Source of the DNA: Candidatus Multivoradales bacterium
Lineage (GTDB): Bacteria; Acidobacteriota; Thermoanaerobaculia; Multivoradales; Multivoraceae
Length of the DNA stretch: 64,000 nucleotides
NCBI GenBank assembly: GCA_965223325.1
Contig: CBDCWI010000002.1
Span: 3,200,001-3,264,000 of the forward strand
Direction of reading: 5' to 3'
Shown: positions 63,415 to 64,000 of the stretch, one piece after another
How the letters are laid out: the number at the start of each line of letters is the position of its first letter
Position numbering within the stretch: the first letter of the stretch is position 1
Program-made: the position numbers and the translations under genes
Notes under the pieces: generated by a model
Database searches by the model: none
What the model saw: only the letters and a program-made list of their open reading frames with translations
What the model was told of the DNA's origin: nothing

Positions 63415-63430
63415 TGGCATGCAACCTGCT
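63415..63430 (+). promoter_or_regulatory. Sigma54 (-24/-12) promoter of the pilin gene
   Basis: TGGCATGCAACCTGCT: GG(63416-63417)-N10-GC(63428-63429). Confidence 0.75.
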
Positions 63431-63499
63431 CTATCTGATCTCGAAAGCGAATCGGCGGAATTCCCCATCGGTTCCTATGTCCTGGAGGACTGTTCCACA

Positions 63500-64000
63500 A
63501 TGCTTACCAAGCTCAACAAGCTCAAGAAGCGTGAGGGCGGCTTTACTCTCATCGAGCTGCTCATCGTTGTCGCCATTATTGGCATCATCGCCGCGATTCT
63601 CATCCCCAACCTCATCGACGCCCTGCAGAAGGCGAAGCAGAAGCGCACCGTTTCTGACATTCGCAACACCGGTACCGCGATCATGTCGTTCATCACGGAC
63701 GAGGTCTCGGCTGCCGCAGCTGGCTCGGGCCAGGAGTTCACCTGGACCGCGGCAGGCGCAAGCGACTATGCATCGGTCTTCGCACTCCTCCGCCCGTCGG
63801 ACACCTTCTTCTACATGCAGGACGTGCCTGAGAAGGACGGCTGGAAGGGTACCTACCAGATGTTCATCAACACTGCCGACATCGACGCCGCTTCGGGCGT
63901 TGCCGGTATGCGCTCCAGTGGTCGCGACGGTGAGTTCGGTGCAGACACCTTCACCTCTGGTCCCTTCGACGCGACGGCCTACGCCAGCGACATCGTCTGG
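63500..64000 (+). CDS. Type IV major pilin-like protein (runs off the window end)
   Basis: MLTKLNKLKKREGG/FTLIELLIVVAIIGIIAAILIPNL...; GGAGG SD; absent from the ORF track. Confidence 0.93.
   Translation, partial: MLTKLNKLKKREGGFTLIELLIVVAIIGIIAAILIPNLIDALQKAKQKRTVSDIRNTGTAIMSFITDEVSAAAAGSGQEFTWTAAGASDYASVFALLRPSDTFFYMQDVPEKDGWKGTYQMFINTADIDAASGVAGMRSSGRDGEFGADTFTSGPFDATAYASDIVW

Overview
GC-rich bacterial chromosomal window, most consistent with Acidobacteriota (ADOP-type permease, cohesin-fused secretin cluster); the taxonomy is an inference. It is mostly housekeeping: purF(partial)-purL-purQ-purS with two upstream MBL-fold hydrolases; a TPR/periplasmic/metallopeptidase-propeller-Omp85 operon; dprA, an ADOP permease and an inverted Lys-tailed topA; trmFO-xerC-thioredoxin-hslVU; tyrS; an orphan iron ABC permease; gltA, queE, acnA, dut; an ECF-headed type IV pilus/T2SS-like operon; waaA-lpxK-lpxL; biotin carboxylase/BCCP; GT-C, UbiA and DegT glycosylation genes; and a sigma54-driven major pilin running off the end. 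No rRNA, tRNA, CRISPR or transposase was seen. The most unusual signals are non-coding or sub-annotation: (1) chains of tiny ORFs bridging intergenic gaps by exact ATGA/TGATG overlaps, alongside several apparently leaderless promoters; (2) a 3.5-copy array of a 241-243 bp REPIN-like unit abutting the promoter of a cyclic-nucleotide phosphodiesterase; (3) a candidate + strand sRNA between queE and acnA with CU-rich loops and two blocks of perfect complementarity to the structured gltA leader. All calls come from motif recognition by eye; no searches or folding programs were run.
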